DNA of 64,000 nt. Source: Octopus sinensis (Eukaryota). The translations under genes and the position numbers were made by a program. Positions within the stretch are counted from its first letter, which is position 1; each line of letters opens with the position of its first letter. The notes beneath the pieces are model-generated. The model had not been told where the DNA came from, made no database searches, and saw only the letters and a program-made list of their open reading frames with translations. This document shows positions 25,511-40,045 of this stretch, piece after piece. The stretch spans positions 1,488,001-1,552,000 of the forward strand of contig NC_043014.1 of assembly GCF_006345805.1 (NCBI RefSeq), read 5' to 3'.

Positions 25511-25875
25511 CTAAATATATCAATCTCTATTAACCTGTGATTATGTATGGTTACCTGTACTTACCTCTATCTACTGATTCTTAAGTAAGTACAAGCTATG
25601 TCTACCTGTATCTACCTGTATCTACTGACATTTACTCATACATACTTATACCTACCTTAATCTACCAGTACTTACTTATACGTGTCTATACTTACCTTAA
25701 GCTACCTATGCCTACCCATATCTACCTGCACTTACCTATTTGTACCCATACCTACCTTAGCGTCGCTGATAACACGTCTAAGTAAAATATAGTCAACAAA
25801 ATTTGGATGCTGGCAGCACAGCTATCAGCTTTACCAAAACTTAGTAACTTTGATGTGTGTTTGTATGGAAAGAGG

Positions 25876-25909
<34 letters not shown>

Positions 25910-26421
25910 GGGAGAGAGAAGGGAGCAGGTGTGTCTGTGTGTATGCATGTGTTGCGAGAGCTCCAGCTGGGACAATAACATCTACAAAAGGTCGGTACAG
26001 CGGGACAGAGAAGTAGCAGGAAAAACGACAATAACAACAATAACAACAACAGGTTAGAGAACCTACATCTATGTTTACAGCAAATTGAGTTAACAATGAG
26101 ATATTGAGGTGTATTTAATTTGGGAGATGGAGCGTATACGATTCATAGTCTTTTACACACACACACCACACACATATTATGTATATATGCATGTATATAT
26201 ATATATGCATATATATATATATATATATAATATATATATATATATATTATATATATATATTATATATATATAATATTATATATATCAATTCTATACACGT
26301 GAATTCATATATACATATATATATATAATTTGCATACATATATACATACATACATACATATATATATATGTATATATGTATATATATATCAATTCTATAC
26401 ACGTGAATTCATATATATATA

Positions 26422-26548
<127 letters not shown>

Positions 26549-27277
26549 ATATACATACATGTATGTATATATATTGTGTTTGCATTATATTTATAATAGA
26601 AATGAAGTCAGGAACAACATTCTTGTGTTTATTAGAAATCCATCGTCGTGTGTGTGTTGTGTGTGTGCATATACATATATAAATAATATGCGCGTCTATC
26701 AGCGCCACCTGTGCACACATGGTGGCAATGCGTAACGTGGTGGTAAACAGATTGTTATTATTATTATTATTTTTATTATTATTATTAATATTGCAAGCCA
26801 GCTCATACTGCGTTCAAATACCTGTACAACATTTACCTTTTTATTATGAATCATCTTCAGAACCAACCAGACACCTACACACCTCCAGTTTCCATCCAAA
26901 TTCTCTCGCATTCCATTACCATATAGTTTCTGAGACTCATCACCCTCTCATCACCTTTCCCTCCTTCTCTTCCTCCCTGCCGCTCTCTCTCTCTTTCTTT
27001 CTTCGTCTCTTTCTGTCTATCAGCTTTTGCATTTGGAATATATTACAGAGCGAAGGAACGGCAGGAAGAGGAAGAACTAACTGTTGTTTCTATGTGTCTA
27101 GTTTAGCATTTCTCAACCATTCTTTCTTCTGTTCTTGGGGAACTCTTAAACTGCATTCCACGTCTCAGGGAACCCCGACATCAAAATTATTACCTAACTT
27201 CATAAATCATTTTTCTTTCTCTTTCAAAAGGTAAATCCTCAGAAATAATTGCATAAGTCATACAACAGCCTTTGAAA

Positions 27278-27625
27278 CCCCAGAAAGTTCGCCGTGAACA
27301 CTTTTGTCCTGAGAAAATTTACCCTAGGAAACTTCACTGTAAGAAATTTCGCTCTATAGGAAAATTCGCCGAAAGACAAATTCACCGAAAGACAGATTCG
27401 CCGAATGGTCAATGATAAAGTGTAGTATACCAGTATTTTTAAAATAACAATAATATAAAAGAATGATAAGAGATTTTATAAAAGCATTAAATAGGTAAGT
27501 AATTAAAGGTATTCAACGTCAAACATTAAAAAACCGGGATGAAGTGATTTAAAACGTATGAAAATTGCAAGCAACGCCACGTATTTTTCTACGGCAAAAA
27601 TGTTTACGCTGAATTTTCCTGTAAC
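27278..27625. mobile_element. Mutator-like (MULE) MITE
   Basis: 9-bp direct repeat CCTTTGAAA at 27269-27277 and 27626-27634; imperfect TIRs built from ~15-bp AAATTCGCCG subrepeats. Confidence 0.75.
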
Positions 27626-27829
27626 CCTTTGAAAGGATTGGCAGTGCTAACTCTATTAGACACCACAAAAAATCCCCCAGTTTTACGAAGACTTTCTTTA
27701 TATCAAAATCCCCCTACAACTGCCTATTAAAATGTAATTTTCCCCTGTGGGGTGGGGGGAATCTCTTTACTAGCAAAAGACGTTAGCATTTCCTAACTTG
27801 GGGAAATATTCTGCGCGTGGTTGTGTACA

Positions 27830-28005
27830 GGTGCAGGCAGAGGCTGTCTGTTTAAGAAGCGCGTTTTGCAAACAGATGGTTTCAGGATCAATCTCACTGC
27901 GTGGTACTTGGAACATATGTTTGCTATTACTGCCCCGGACCGAATATGAAAATCGTTCAAGGTGGTGCCCCAGCATGGCCACAGTCCAATTACCGTAACA
28001 AATAA
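27830..28005 (+). mobile_element. Degenerate, internally deleted SINE-B-like copy
   Basis: GTGCAGGCAGAGGCTGTCTGTTTAAGAAGC head and GGTGGTGCCCCAGCATGGCCACAGTC tail. Confidence 0.65.
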
Positions 28006-28067
28006 ATGATTACACACACAAACACCACACACACACACACACACACACCACACACACCACACACACA

Positions 28068-28152
<85 letters not shown>

Positions 28153-28166
28153 TTATATATACATAA

Positions 28167-28396
28167 GGCGGCAAGCTGGCAGAAACGTTAGCACGCTGGG
28201 CGAAATGCGTAACCGTATTTCGTCTGCCGCTACATTCTGGGTTCAAATTCCGCCGAGGTCGACTTTGCCTTTCATCCTTTCGGGGTCGATAAATTAAGTA
28301 CCAGTTACGCACTGGGGTCGATGTTATCGACTTAATCCGTTTGTCTGTCCTTGTTTGTCCTCTCTGTGTTTAGCCCCTTGTGGGTAGTAAAGAAAT
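28167..28396 (+). mobile_element. SINE family A, full length
   Basis: Complete head to GGGTAGTAAAGAAATA end, within (TA)n. Confidence 0.93.
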
Positions 28397-28962
28397 ATAT
28401 ATACATATATATAAATTACGTATAAAAACCATAAACAATTCATGGATTTGTTAGCAAATGGCTGAAAAAAGTAAAAGAATATAAGAATCAAAGAATAAAG
28501 GAATAAAAGAATATATATAGATTTATTTGTTTATTTTCCTCAATTTCTCACAGAACCCCTATGGAGGATTCCCCTGTTATCTCTGAGGCACGGGGAGCAC
28601 CTACTTTCATAATGCTATCATCACTGAGTTATCACTTTTGTTTTTGCTTCCCTCTGCTCTCATATCGTTATATAATTAGGTCCTACTTCGAGAATAGCCC
28701 CGTCCCCCTTATCAAGCCATCACGACCCTCTACCATTCTTCGAATGTCTTCTATTCTTGTTTATCAATATCTCTGAAATACTTTCTTCCTGCTGCAATAA
28801 AAACATTGCAGAAACAACAAGAGCATCCTCATCACCGCCACCGCTGCCGCCGCCACCACCAGCACCGGCACCACCACCACCACCAGCACCACCACCACCA
28901 CCACCACCAGCACCAGCACCAGCACCAGCACCACCACCAGCACCAGCACCACCACCACCACC

Positions 28963-28993
<31 letters not shown>

Positions 28994-29096
28994 CCACCAT
29001 TTCTATTTTTCTTGTCTTTCCATCCTCTCTTTCCACCTTACATTTACATTGCAAAGAAAAGATTATCTCCGAAACGTCATAATTATTTTTCTCCTT

Positions 29097-29568
29097 CATC
29101 ATCATCATCATCATCATTGTTCGACCGTGGTCGAGACAATGGAATTTACCATGCTACGCCAGACTTCACGGTCCATCATGGCATTACGGAGGTCCTGTTG
29201 CTGGATGCCTGTATCCCTGGAGATTACATCAGGGTAGGAGAGTGTGCGCCCTCTGGTATTGCGAGTAGATGGCTTCCAGAGGAGAAGAGTAGAAATTACC
29301 TCTTTTTCAGCTCTACAACAATGTCCAGCAAACTGGACTCTCCTACCTTTCACAAGAGATGACACAGGTGGTAGTTTCCCATATATTTGCATTTTGGTTG
29401 GATGACGCTTCCACGAGAGATTTTGAGCTCTCATAAGGAGGCGAGTGTAGGTTCCATCCAACTAGCTCTCAAGCTTCTTTGATAACGTCCAGGTTTCTGA
29501 GCCATATAGTAGAATTGGTTCGACTGTGGCTTTGAAGATTTCAAGTTTGAAGTCTCTACTTAGATTTA
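29097..29568 (-). mobile_element. RTE-clade LINE 3' fragment with (TGA)n tail
   Basis: PILLYGSETWTL...DGTYTRLLMRAQNLSW...RRVQFAGHCCR...AMMDREVWR, typical RTE C-terminus. Confidence 0.93.
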
Positions 29569-29569
29569 G

Positions 29570-30115
29570 ATTTTCTCCTTATCCAAACACCAACCTAATG
29601 ACTTTTATTGTGAACCCTTGCACCAACCTATACGACAGACCCACACCATCAGCAATATCGTTCATTGTCCTCCGACGACCCTCATGCACAAACTGATGTT
29701 TCCCGGGCTGACGCTCGAGGCAGGTTTTCCAGATCGCTCATCATCTTCCAGTGACGCTCTTCCGCTTTCGAAGCGCCCGTGCCACTCGAAGCATTGTGTA
29801 CGACCCACTGCCTCGTCGCCGTAAGCTTTCCGAAGCATGCTCAATGTCACAGGTAGCAGACAACTTCCCAAATTTAACGCAAAATTTCATGTTGGCTCTT
29901 TGTTCCAACATTTTGTCCACGACAAAATCGCAGACTACAACACACACGTGATCACAAAAACACAAACTTCACATCTTGCAAGTAAACATAATGATGTCAT
30001 TCGACACACTGCCTCATAAGGGTCACTGCTAATTCTCACTGCACACGCAACCATGTACTGCCATCTGTTGGCGCATTACAGAACGAGTCCGGGAACCTTT
30101 TGATACCATCTCGTA
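29570..30115 (-). mobile_element. Mariner transposon 5' part (TIR plus HTH region)
   Basis: TACGAGATGGTATCAAAAGGTTCCCGGACT terminus; LEQRANMKFCVKFGK...KAYGDEAVGRTQCFEWHGRFESGRASLEDDERSGKP. Confidence 0.92.
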
Positions 30116-30680
30116 CATACATAAACACATACATACACACATACATACATACATACATGCATACAAACATACATACATAAATACATACATACATTCATAC
30201 ATACATACATACATACATACATACATACGTACATACATACATACATACATACATGCATACATACATACATACATACATACACACACACATACATACATAC
30301 ATGCATACAAACATACATACATAAATACATACATACATTCATACATACATACATACATACATACATACATACATACATACATACATACATACGTACGTAC
30401 ATACATACATACATACATACATACATACATACATACATACATACATACATACGTACATACGTACATACATACATTCATACATACATACATGCATACATGC
30501 ATACATACATACATACATACATACATACTTGCATACATGCATACATACATACATACATACATACATACAAGCATACATACATACTTACATACATACATAC
30601 ATACATACATACATGCATACATACATACATACATACATACATACATACATACATACATACAGATATGTATGCAAGCATGC
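30116..30680. repeat. (TACA)n array with higher-order duplication
   Basis: Visible simple repeat; the CAAACATACATACATAAATACATACATACATTC block occurs twice. Confidence 0.95.
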
Positions 30681-31159
30681 ATTCACAACAGCACAAAAGA
30701 TATTTTTGGAAGATTCTCATGTAAACTTAACCAAGTAAAGACATAATAGGCCTGACATTTATATTTGGGATTGAAAATAAAAGACACGTACAACCATAGA
30801 GGTTCGTTGCTCTACAGAAAGGAACATCTCTTCCAATATCATCACAAAGAACTATATTTATGGGAAACTGTCTGGAAGTCTTCAAATTATACCAATGACC
30901 ATTGGGACACTTGGTTATGTTAATAAAGAAAATGACGATCTGGAGAAGCTAGGGTTTTCATACAAAGGAACATATCGACTAACACGGACTTTACCATTTC
31001 AATCTGTAAGCGCAACAGTAAAAATACGAAAGACTTTCTTAAAGTTCGGTAACATTTATCATTGCTGTTCTCTAAATTCCAAAGATGGCGCTTTTATTTC
31101 TTTCTAGAGACCAATTCCTTCCTTCTAGTTTCAATAAATAAAAAGAAAATATATATACA

Positions 31160-31206
<47 letters not shown>

Positions 31207-31458
31207 CATTCATACATACATACACACATACATATATGCATACACACACATACATACATACATACGCACATGCATCCACACACAGAGACATGCATACATA
31301 TGCATACATGCACACAACCACACACATACATGCACATACACATGCACACACACATATCTTACGGCTTATTGGTGTCTGTCTACCGATTAATCTGTCTCTT
31401 TATTTGTATGTGTCTACCATCATTGTCTGTCCGTGTGTCTGTAGATAGGATGATAGGA

Positions 31459-31525
31459 TGACGTCAGCAATGTTTTGACTCAACCAATGAAATCTACCCA
31501 ATGTCTTGCGTCATCGATGACGTCA
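31459..31525. promoter_or_regulatory. Cluster of CRE/AP-1/CCAAT motifs
   Basis: TGACGTCA at 31459 and 31518, TGACTCA at 31476, TGCGTCA at 31507, CCAAT at 31484 and 31498. Confidence 0.4.
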
Positions 31526-31664
31526 TGCATCCACCTAAAACTGATTACAAACTTAACTTTTCACTAAATTCTAAAAGAAAATGGAATTTTTTTTTTTTGC
31601 ATTGTAAGAAAAAAATTTATTCCAATAAACCACGACGACAACAATAGCAACAACACGATCATCC

Positions 31665-32369
31665 CCACCACCACCACCACCACCACCACCGCCACCACCA
31701 CCACCACCACCACCACACCACCACCACCACCACCACCACCACCACCGCCAACCACCACCACCACCACCACCACCACCACCACCACCACCACCACCACCGC
31801 CAACCACCACCACCACCACCACTACCACCACGATCACCATCACCACCACCACCACCACCACCGCCAAACCACCCCACCACCACCACCACCACCGCCAACC
31901 ACCACCACCACCAACACCACCACCACAACCACCGTCACCATTATCACCACCACCATCACTACTACCACCACCACCACCATCACCACCACCACCACCACAA
32001 TCATTCCCCCCCACCGCCACCAACATCACAACAACGACATCAAGAAACACATCACAACTGCTACCAATAACAATAAGAACATAACATGAACAGCAACAAC
32101 AACGACAAAAAAAAACACATTACACCGTAATAAATAGCATTCGACAACAATAACAACAACAATGACAGCAAAACAACTTCTGCCAACACTGCTCTTTGTA
32201 ACAACAACAACAACAACAACAACAACAGGTGAAGTATCTGCTCTATCAACAACAACAACAACAGCAGCAGAGAAAAACCAAAACAAGAACTTTACCAGAA
32301 GCGATACATAGTCATCATCATCATCACCACCACTACCATCATCATCATCATCATCACCACCATCACCAC

Positions 32370-32450
<81 letters not shown>

Positions 32451-32457
32451 CCATCAC

Positions 32458-32529
<72 letters not shown>

Positions 32530-32532
32530 TAT

Positions 32533-32576
<44 letters not shown>

Positions 32577-32586
32577 CATCATCATC

Positions 32587-32652
<66 letters not shown>

Positions 32653-32759
32653 CATCATCATCTCATCACCATCATCATCAATCATCATCATCATCATCAC
32701 ATCATCATCATCATCACCATCACATCATCATCATCATCATCATCATCACCATCATCATC

Positions 32760-32813
<54 letters not shown>

Positions 32814-33062
32814 CATCATCATCATCATCATCATCATCGTCATATCATCATCACCCCACCACCACCACCACCACCACCACCATCATCACATCATCATCTC
32901 ATCAATCATCACATCATCATAATCATCACCATCATCAATCATCATCATCATCATCATCATCACCATCACCATCGCCATTGTCATATCATCCTCATCCTCA
33001 CCATCCTCATCCTCCTCCTCATCATCATCATCATCGTCATTATCATCATCACCACCACCACC

Positions 33063-33126
<64 letters not shown>

Positions 33127-33291
33127 CCATCGCCATTGTCATCATCATCCTCATCCTCATTCATCCTCACCTCCTCCTCATCATCATCATCATCTACATT
33201 ATCATCATCCACCACCACCACCACCACCACCACCACCACCACCACCACCATCATTATCATCATCATCATCATCATCATCATCACCATCATC

Positions 33292-33353
<62 letters not shown>

Positions 33354-33415
33354 CATCCTCATCATCATCATCATCATCATCGTCATCGTCGTCGTCGTAG
33401 TCAGCAGCAGCAGCA
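31665..33415. repeat. ~1.75-kb (CAC)n/(CAA)n/(CAT)n trinucleotide array
   Basis: Visible simple repeat; source of poly-M/D/H/V pseudo-ORFs. Confidence 0.95.
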
Positions 33416-33823
33416 CCAACAGTGTTACATTTAATTTATCAGTAAATTTATCTAATTTCTCAGGTATTTCTAGTGTTCTCTCCTCCTCCTTTTTCTCTCT
33501 CTCCCTCTCTCTCCTATACAACACACACACACACCCGCACACACCCCGCACACACCCGCACGCATACTTTCCCTTTATAATTTCTTTCCTTACTTCCTTC
33601 ATCTCCGTCTGCTGCCCCCCTCTCTCTCTCTCTCTCTCTCTCATTCCACTCCATCTCTCCTCTCTCATTTCCTCATTTCCTTCACCTCTCTCTCTCTCTC
33701 TATCTCCTTCTCTCTCCTTCCGTCCCCTCCCCCTCTAACATGACACATCAACTAGTTTGTTGAACTAGCAGAGATATTAAATTCTTCTAACACCCACTTC
33801 ATATAAGTATATACATGCGTACA

Positions 33824-33924
<101 letters not shown>

Positions 33925-33941
33925 GTACGTATGTATGTATG

Positions 33942-33976
<35 letters not shown>

Positions 33977-34289
33977 TATATACATATATATATATAAGTA
34001 CATACACATAAATATACATATGTATTATATATATATATATATATACATATGTATGTTCAGAAACATATACATGCATACTTGCACACACTATGTACTCACG
34101 CACACACAAGTACTTATATATATACACATATACATAAGCACACACACACACACACACACACTCCTCAGCACATCACTGCAACATTAAATAACTAAATATT
34201 TGGACAACATCCAAAGTGAAAAAAGTTGTTAAATTTGGAAGATTCTAAGTCTGCCACAGAATGCGTGCGTGTGTGTGTGTGTATGCGTC

Positions 34290-34333
<44 letters not shown>

Positions 34334-34899
34334 TGTGTGAGTGAGTTATTAATACCATCGTTTTTGTGACTGTTTGGTGATTCTATTAATATTGTTCTTG
34401 TTGATGTTGATGTTTTTTGTTTTTCATTTCATTAAAAAAAATTACTTCTGTTCTTCTGTTTAGTCGTAGACAAATGTGGAATGGTCTGTAAAAGCTGCTT
34501 ACAATCAGGCGAGACAATAATCTCCAAAAACAGTGAAATTTTTCCACTGAAAGAATTTGCTTAAACACGACAAAACCGAAAAGTTGCACTCAATATACAC
34601 AGAAATGCGGAAATATTTTAGCAGAAGTAACGAAGATATCCAAAAATTCTTCGAAAATTACAAAAACATATTTGCTACTAAACATTGCAGAATGGATGAT
34701 GGTGCTACCAAAGAAGTCAAGAAATAAAACAGACCACACAAGAATATCAACACTTTTGAGAATGAAAACTCTGTACAGACAACTCCAAAAACGATTAAAT
34801 AAGATAGATCTGGTTCCAAGGAATCCCTCTGAAAGTGGAGCCTGAAGACCTGATGGATGTAATTTAGATTCCACCAGATATTATACCGAGTGCACTTTC

Positions 34900-35235
34900 A
34901 TCCGTTTGACCATTCCCTCCTATACTTGCTACACCTCCCAGTTTTTCCTCATCCCTGAGACTAAATTTCTTTTGTAATGGTTGGAATACAACCTGATCTT
35001 TTCTTCGCCATCAAAGTTCTACAAAGTTTGTCTTGTTTAATGATTTCTCTTGATAATGGTATATTTCCTTATAATACACCGCTTGGTAAATGTTGCGCCC
35101 AAGAAGCGATCTTCCTCCTCTTTAACATCTTGATGTATGTTCCATTTAGTCTACTTTCTGTTGCATTCATAAGTATCCAAGATTTAGGTATTATTAGAGG
35201 AATATTCTGAAGTAGAATAGGAAACCAGAATGTTG
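34900..35235 (-). mobile_element. Old, degenerate RTE LINE fragment
   Basis: PILL...SWILMNATESRLNGTYIKMLKR...SWAQH...L*GNIP aligns by eye with the RTE C-terminus at 29114-29461. Confidence 0.6.
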
Positions 35236-35290
35236 CGTGAGAGAAAGATTTACAGAACACAAGCCACCTCAGACTGACTACGTTAGAATA

Positions 35291-35613
35291 TACGAGGGTG
35301 AGTCAAAAAGTAATGCCATTTCGTTTAGGACAGGTATAATTACCAACACAGGAACATGTATCATACATCAAAATGAAGCTGGTCCTCTGTGGATCACATC
35401 CCTACTTCTTAACATAGCCACTGTTTCTCTCAATAGCAATGTTCCACCATCGAATGAGAACATGTATCCCTGCCCCGTAAAATTCTGTTGACTGTTCTTT
35501 GAACCACTTCTTCACTACAGTTTTCACTTCCTCGTCACTGGACTATCATCGACACTGGACTATCATCTCTTCGGCCCCATGAAAGAGGGTTTGAGAGGCA
35601 AACATTATTCCAG
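35291..35613 (-). mobile_element. Mariner 3' end with an internally inverted segment
   Basis: TACGAGGGTGAGTCAAAAAGTAATGCC TIR; minus strand DEEVKTVVKKWFKEQSTEFYGAGIHVLIRWW; plus strand DYHLFGPMKEGLRGKHYS. Confidence 0.9.
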
Positions 35614-35639
35614 ATTTCTTCCCAAAAGAGAAAGAGTCG

Positions 35640-36300
35640 GTTTCTATCCTAGATCCAAAGCTCCTTCATTGGAATTTCAACAATATCAACAGGATATATC
35701 TGTATGCATATGTATAATTGCAGATTTGTATATTTGCCACATTTTACTGCTTTTCGTGCATCTCTGTCCCTTTTGTGTATCGGGTATTTGGTTGATATTC
35801 CCTGTTCCTGGATTGCAAACGCATACCCTTCGAAGTGGGATATAGTTATTGGGTTGTTGGTCCATAATAGACTTCTTTGAGGATCAATGTTACTATCATC
35901 TCGCAGCTTTCCATGCATAGTCTTCTACTCATATATAATCATCCTTTCATCTGATGATATGCTGCGATAGGGTCATGCAACTTCTTTGGGAATGTATTTA
36001 AGGTTATTAGACAAGGAATGCTGCTCAATGAGCTACCTCCCAAGTCTTATGATGTTATCAGCTTCATACATACACACTTGGTCAAGGGATGCACTCCGAC
36101 ACTTGGTAGCTAAAAGATGTTACAGAAAGGATAAGATACGACATTCAGAGGCAGTTTGGAAGATGTTAACCTTCTGCCGCCTTTTTTTCGTTTTAGGTAG
36201 AGGTGGTCTGCGTCTCTGTTGATGTGGAAATTACATGAGCTTGTTAGTATTTTCCGGGTTTTTACATCAATGGCTCGGATCTCATCAAGCGTCCAATGTA
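35640..36300 (-). mobile_element. R4/Dong-clade LINE internal fragment (post-RT region)
   Basis: WTLDEIRAIDVKTRKILT...H...DADHLYLKRKKGGRRL and MHGK...SLLW...EGYAFAIQEQ motifs. Confidence 0.85.
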
Positions 36301-36328
36301 CGTACATATGTGTGTGTGTATGTGTGTG

Positions 36329-36360
<32 letters not shown>

Positions 36361-36643
36361 TGTATGTATGTATGTATGTATGTATGTATGTATGTATGTA
36401 TGTATGTATGCATGCATGTATGTATGTATGTATGTATGTATGTATGTATGTATGTATGTTTTTTTGGGGAAAGGCAGCATGGTATTAGAAGCTGAAACTA
36501 AAAAGATTGACGAACCGAATTGTGGGAAATCAGATTCGTATTCGAAGAGATACTGTTTCACATACTTTACTTCTTGTATTGCGTACTTTTACTTGTGTCT
36601 GCGTTCACTAATGCATATTGCATACGAACACACACACACACAC

Positions 36644-36696
<53 letters not shown>

Positions 36697-39149
36697 CAAA
36701 CATTCTCACTTACTTTTGCAAATAAAGCCGATAATCTAGAAACTAAAGCGATAAGCTGATTCTAACATAGTTTACGTTTGAAATTCGCCACCTGCAGCCT
36801 TAGAACCACCGGGTTCTATGTTTCACCTTCCGTAGTCACGTGGTTACCTGTGTGTCTCGCAGAAACGCTCATGTTTTCTTTTATTGCTCATAACCACACA
36901 TAATATAAAACACACACCAATACACACGCACACACGCACACACGCACACGCACACGTACACACACATATTTATATACACGTGTGTATGTGTGGGTGCGTG
37001 ATTGGATTTTTTTTGTTTAACGTGAGCATGGTGCTAACGTCGACAGGAAGAGGAGGCAGTAGGTTTCGAACTTGTAACCGTTGCATTACATATCGTCACA
37101 TATGCGTCACATTTCGGCGGGTGAGCTTTCGCAATCCACGAGAAGAGAGAGCAGCAAAATATTCGTGGGACAAAAGATAGATTGAAAATCAAAAATCCTC
37201 CATAACGTGACCAAAAAATGCCTTGTGAGTAAATGTGTATGTGTGCGTGCGCACACGTGTGTACGCGTTATGTTATGTCACTTATGAGGTTTCTCTTGAG
37301 AGCTACTGCTAGCATGGAATCCATTACAACCTATTGCACGGTGCGCCGTCGGCGACTAAACCGGTACCCGCACTAGATTTGCCTGGTGAGGAGGATTGCT
37401 AGGAACCCAGCAGAACTGAAAACAAGACCTGTCGAAAGGACGGACGAACACAGTGTAGGTTCAACCATTATCTAGCTATAGCGCGGGCCCTCAGAAATAC
37501 CGGAGTTGGTGTACAGTGTGCAGGAAGACCAGTAGGAGTGAGGTACCCTTCAGTTTCTGTTGAATCATGTTTCTAGGCGGTTACTCTGATATTAAAACCA
37601 GATATGCAGGGAATTCGACATTTTGGGAATCTTTTACTTGCACTTGAGATTATGAAGTTCCCATATTCCTGAGTCTGTTACACATATTGCTACTATTTTT
37701 GGATCATGTTAATAGGACAGAGAGGGTCTATGAGGTGTCGGGCGATCCTTATCGGACGTAAAATGTTGCACAGGCATTGCTGACATTTTAACATGGGCAA
37801 TGCACGACGCCGAGTGTTAAAGCAACTGACGGTCTGAGACAGGTGAGACAAACCACCTCCAGATGATCAATAACGATAGTTATCGATATTTCGCTATTAT
37901 TTTGGCTCTTCAGTACCATGTACTCGAAATACTTCGAAGCAAAATGAATCGCCAGAATTGGACATATATACAAATAGTGTGGAGTTTATTTGCTGCTGTG
38001 CTGCGGCGTAGCACATGTAAAAGAAAATTAAATTATGAATTTATGTAGACATTATCGGTTGAACATTATGCAACCCAAACAATAGTAATCCTCAGATTAC
38101 CTAAAATTCAAGAAATTGGTCCTGTTTACTCATTTGGAGCAAACAGAACCAATTTAAATGTGGTTTTAATATACACAGCAACTCTTTGTGGTGCCTTATT
38201 TTATCGACCCCAAGAGGATGAGAGGCAAACTTGAGTATTGCTCAGAATTGAACACTGAGTGTAAAGATCTGAAACATCTACGGATTCTTCCAATCAAACA
38301 TAGATAACATAGGGTTGTAACGAGCTGGATTCGAAACCTCATTTCTTGATCTACTGCTAAATGGGTAACCAATTAACCTATTTAGATTTTGCCAAGCGAT
38401 CCTCCTGTTTGGTACCCTTATAAGCTTACATCCATCCGTCACTCCCTCTCTATCTCTATATGTACATACATAATAGATACATATATAATACATACGTGTG
38501 TATATGCATGCATACACACATATAAATATGTATGTATATGTATATGTATGCACTTTGTTGTCGAAAGATACTTTTGTAAATCTATCTCTCGGTGAACATA
38601 CTTCACTGAAAATGCAGTCGGTGATTATTCCTTTTGGCAGTAAGTAGTTATTATATACTGTCTTTAAAATCAGTTAAGAGTACAGACATCGCCTGTGAAA
38701 TCATTATCAAAATTACTGTCTATTTATGTTTTCAACCAATTAACTAATTAATTAATCTATTTATCATTATTAATGAGGCTGCGTGTTCTGGTTTTCTAAA
38801 TGATGCATTAAATGAAAACTCATAAGGACTTTCGTTTCCTTTGTACATATTAATGCTTGCATCTATTTACTCGTATGTATAATGTACATATATATATTCG
38901 TATGTATGCATGTGAATATGTGTGCGTATGTGTGTGAGAGAGAGAGAGAGAGAGGAGAAAGAGAGAGAGAAAGAGATGCAGCTATAATTACCATCTCCAA
39001 GAAGGTAGTCAAATCAGTGACAACTACAGAATTGCCTCACGTTTGTCCAATGCTGGAAAAGTTGTGGTATGAATCCTATTCGACCGACTGAATCTCTTAT
39101 CGGTAATTCGCCCACCTGGATCACATCATTTTTTCGATCTTCCTGAGGC

Positions 39150-40000
39150 ATTATTAATGTTATCTGTACTCACAAACCGGCTTTCTATGATTCTGCAAAT
39201 CGTCAAGTTCTGAAGAATGCCCCAACTAAACATAATTGCCTGCAAAATTTCATTACAATCAGGCGGGTTCTTTCGCTGCACCATGAAACCCGAGGAACAA
39301 TACAAGTATTTCACGACAGACCCGACTGACGTAAAATCTGAATTTAGGAACGGTTATGTAATAGCTCCTTAGCTTTTTTCAAGCTTCCTCTCAGCAATTT
39401 TTGAGCTTATTATAGTGTAAACTGCCACAGGGTGCCCAGATCTCATATTGCGCAGATGGAAAAGTAGTCAACCTTCGCAGAGTCTGTGCCAGAATAAAGG
39501 CCACCACTACATTAGTCGTTGAACTTCAGTACGATGCTGCCACAGTTAATGTGACTTCAGCAGAAGAATTCCTGATAATCAGCTTTTAAACTGAAGCATA
39601 TGCGATCACGTAAAACAGAAAAAAAAGAAGAATTGCATAACAAGCAGGAATCTGGTCAAGCCATTTGGGTAGAGGACAAGATGGTATAAAATGTGGAGTG
39701 CCTTTAATGTGTAGTTTGTCACCTCTTACAGAACACAGAAACTAAATGTGGAGATTCAGCAGTACATAAGATGCACCAAAGCAATTCTTAATCACTTGAA
39801 GAAGAATGTAGAATGTATGAAGAACATGAACCGAGACAAAGAAACGAATTCATGATGTAGAAAGTACTTAGGGTTCACAAAAGGCAGCTGTCGTAGGCAG
39901 GCTTCTATATAACTCATAATCTCGGGCAAGTAAAAGGCAGCATTTTCTCCTAAACTGGAAACACGAGAGATGTTTGATAAAAATTATATTCAGTGAGAGA
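39150..40000 (+). mobile_element. Highly degenerate RTE (BovB-like) RT fragment
   Basis: ADGKVVNLRRVCARIKATTTLVVELQYD resembles the RTE motif DGKLFNLRRL...ELQYADD. Confidence 0.6.
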
Positions 40001-40045
40001 ACGGATGAAATTTGCAAAAATGTGACATTAATTTTTCCGAGCTAA

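Noticed and set aside
25520-25760. Degenerate TACCT-rich repeats that look like many minus-strand splice donors
   Set aside because: Low-complexity decayed minisatellite.
26285-26410. 22-bp duplication TCAATTCTATACACGTGAATTC within TA tracts
   Set aside because: Explained by slippage or unequal exchange within the microsatellite.
28757-29362. Proline-rich 201-aa ORF resembling a formin or extensin
   Set aside because: (CCA/GCA)n repeat plus the antisense strand of an RTE fragment.
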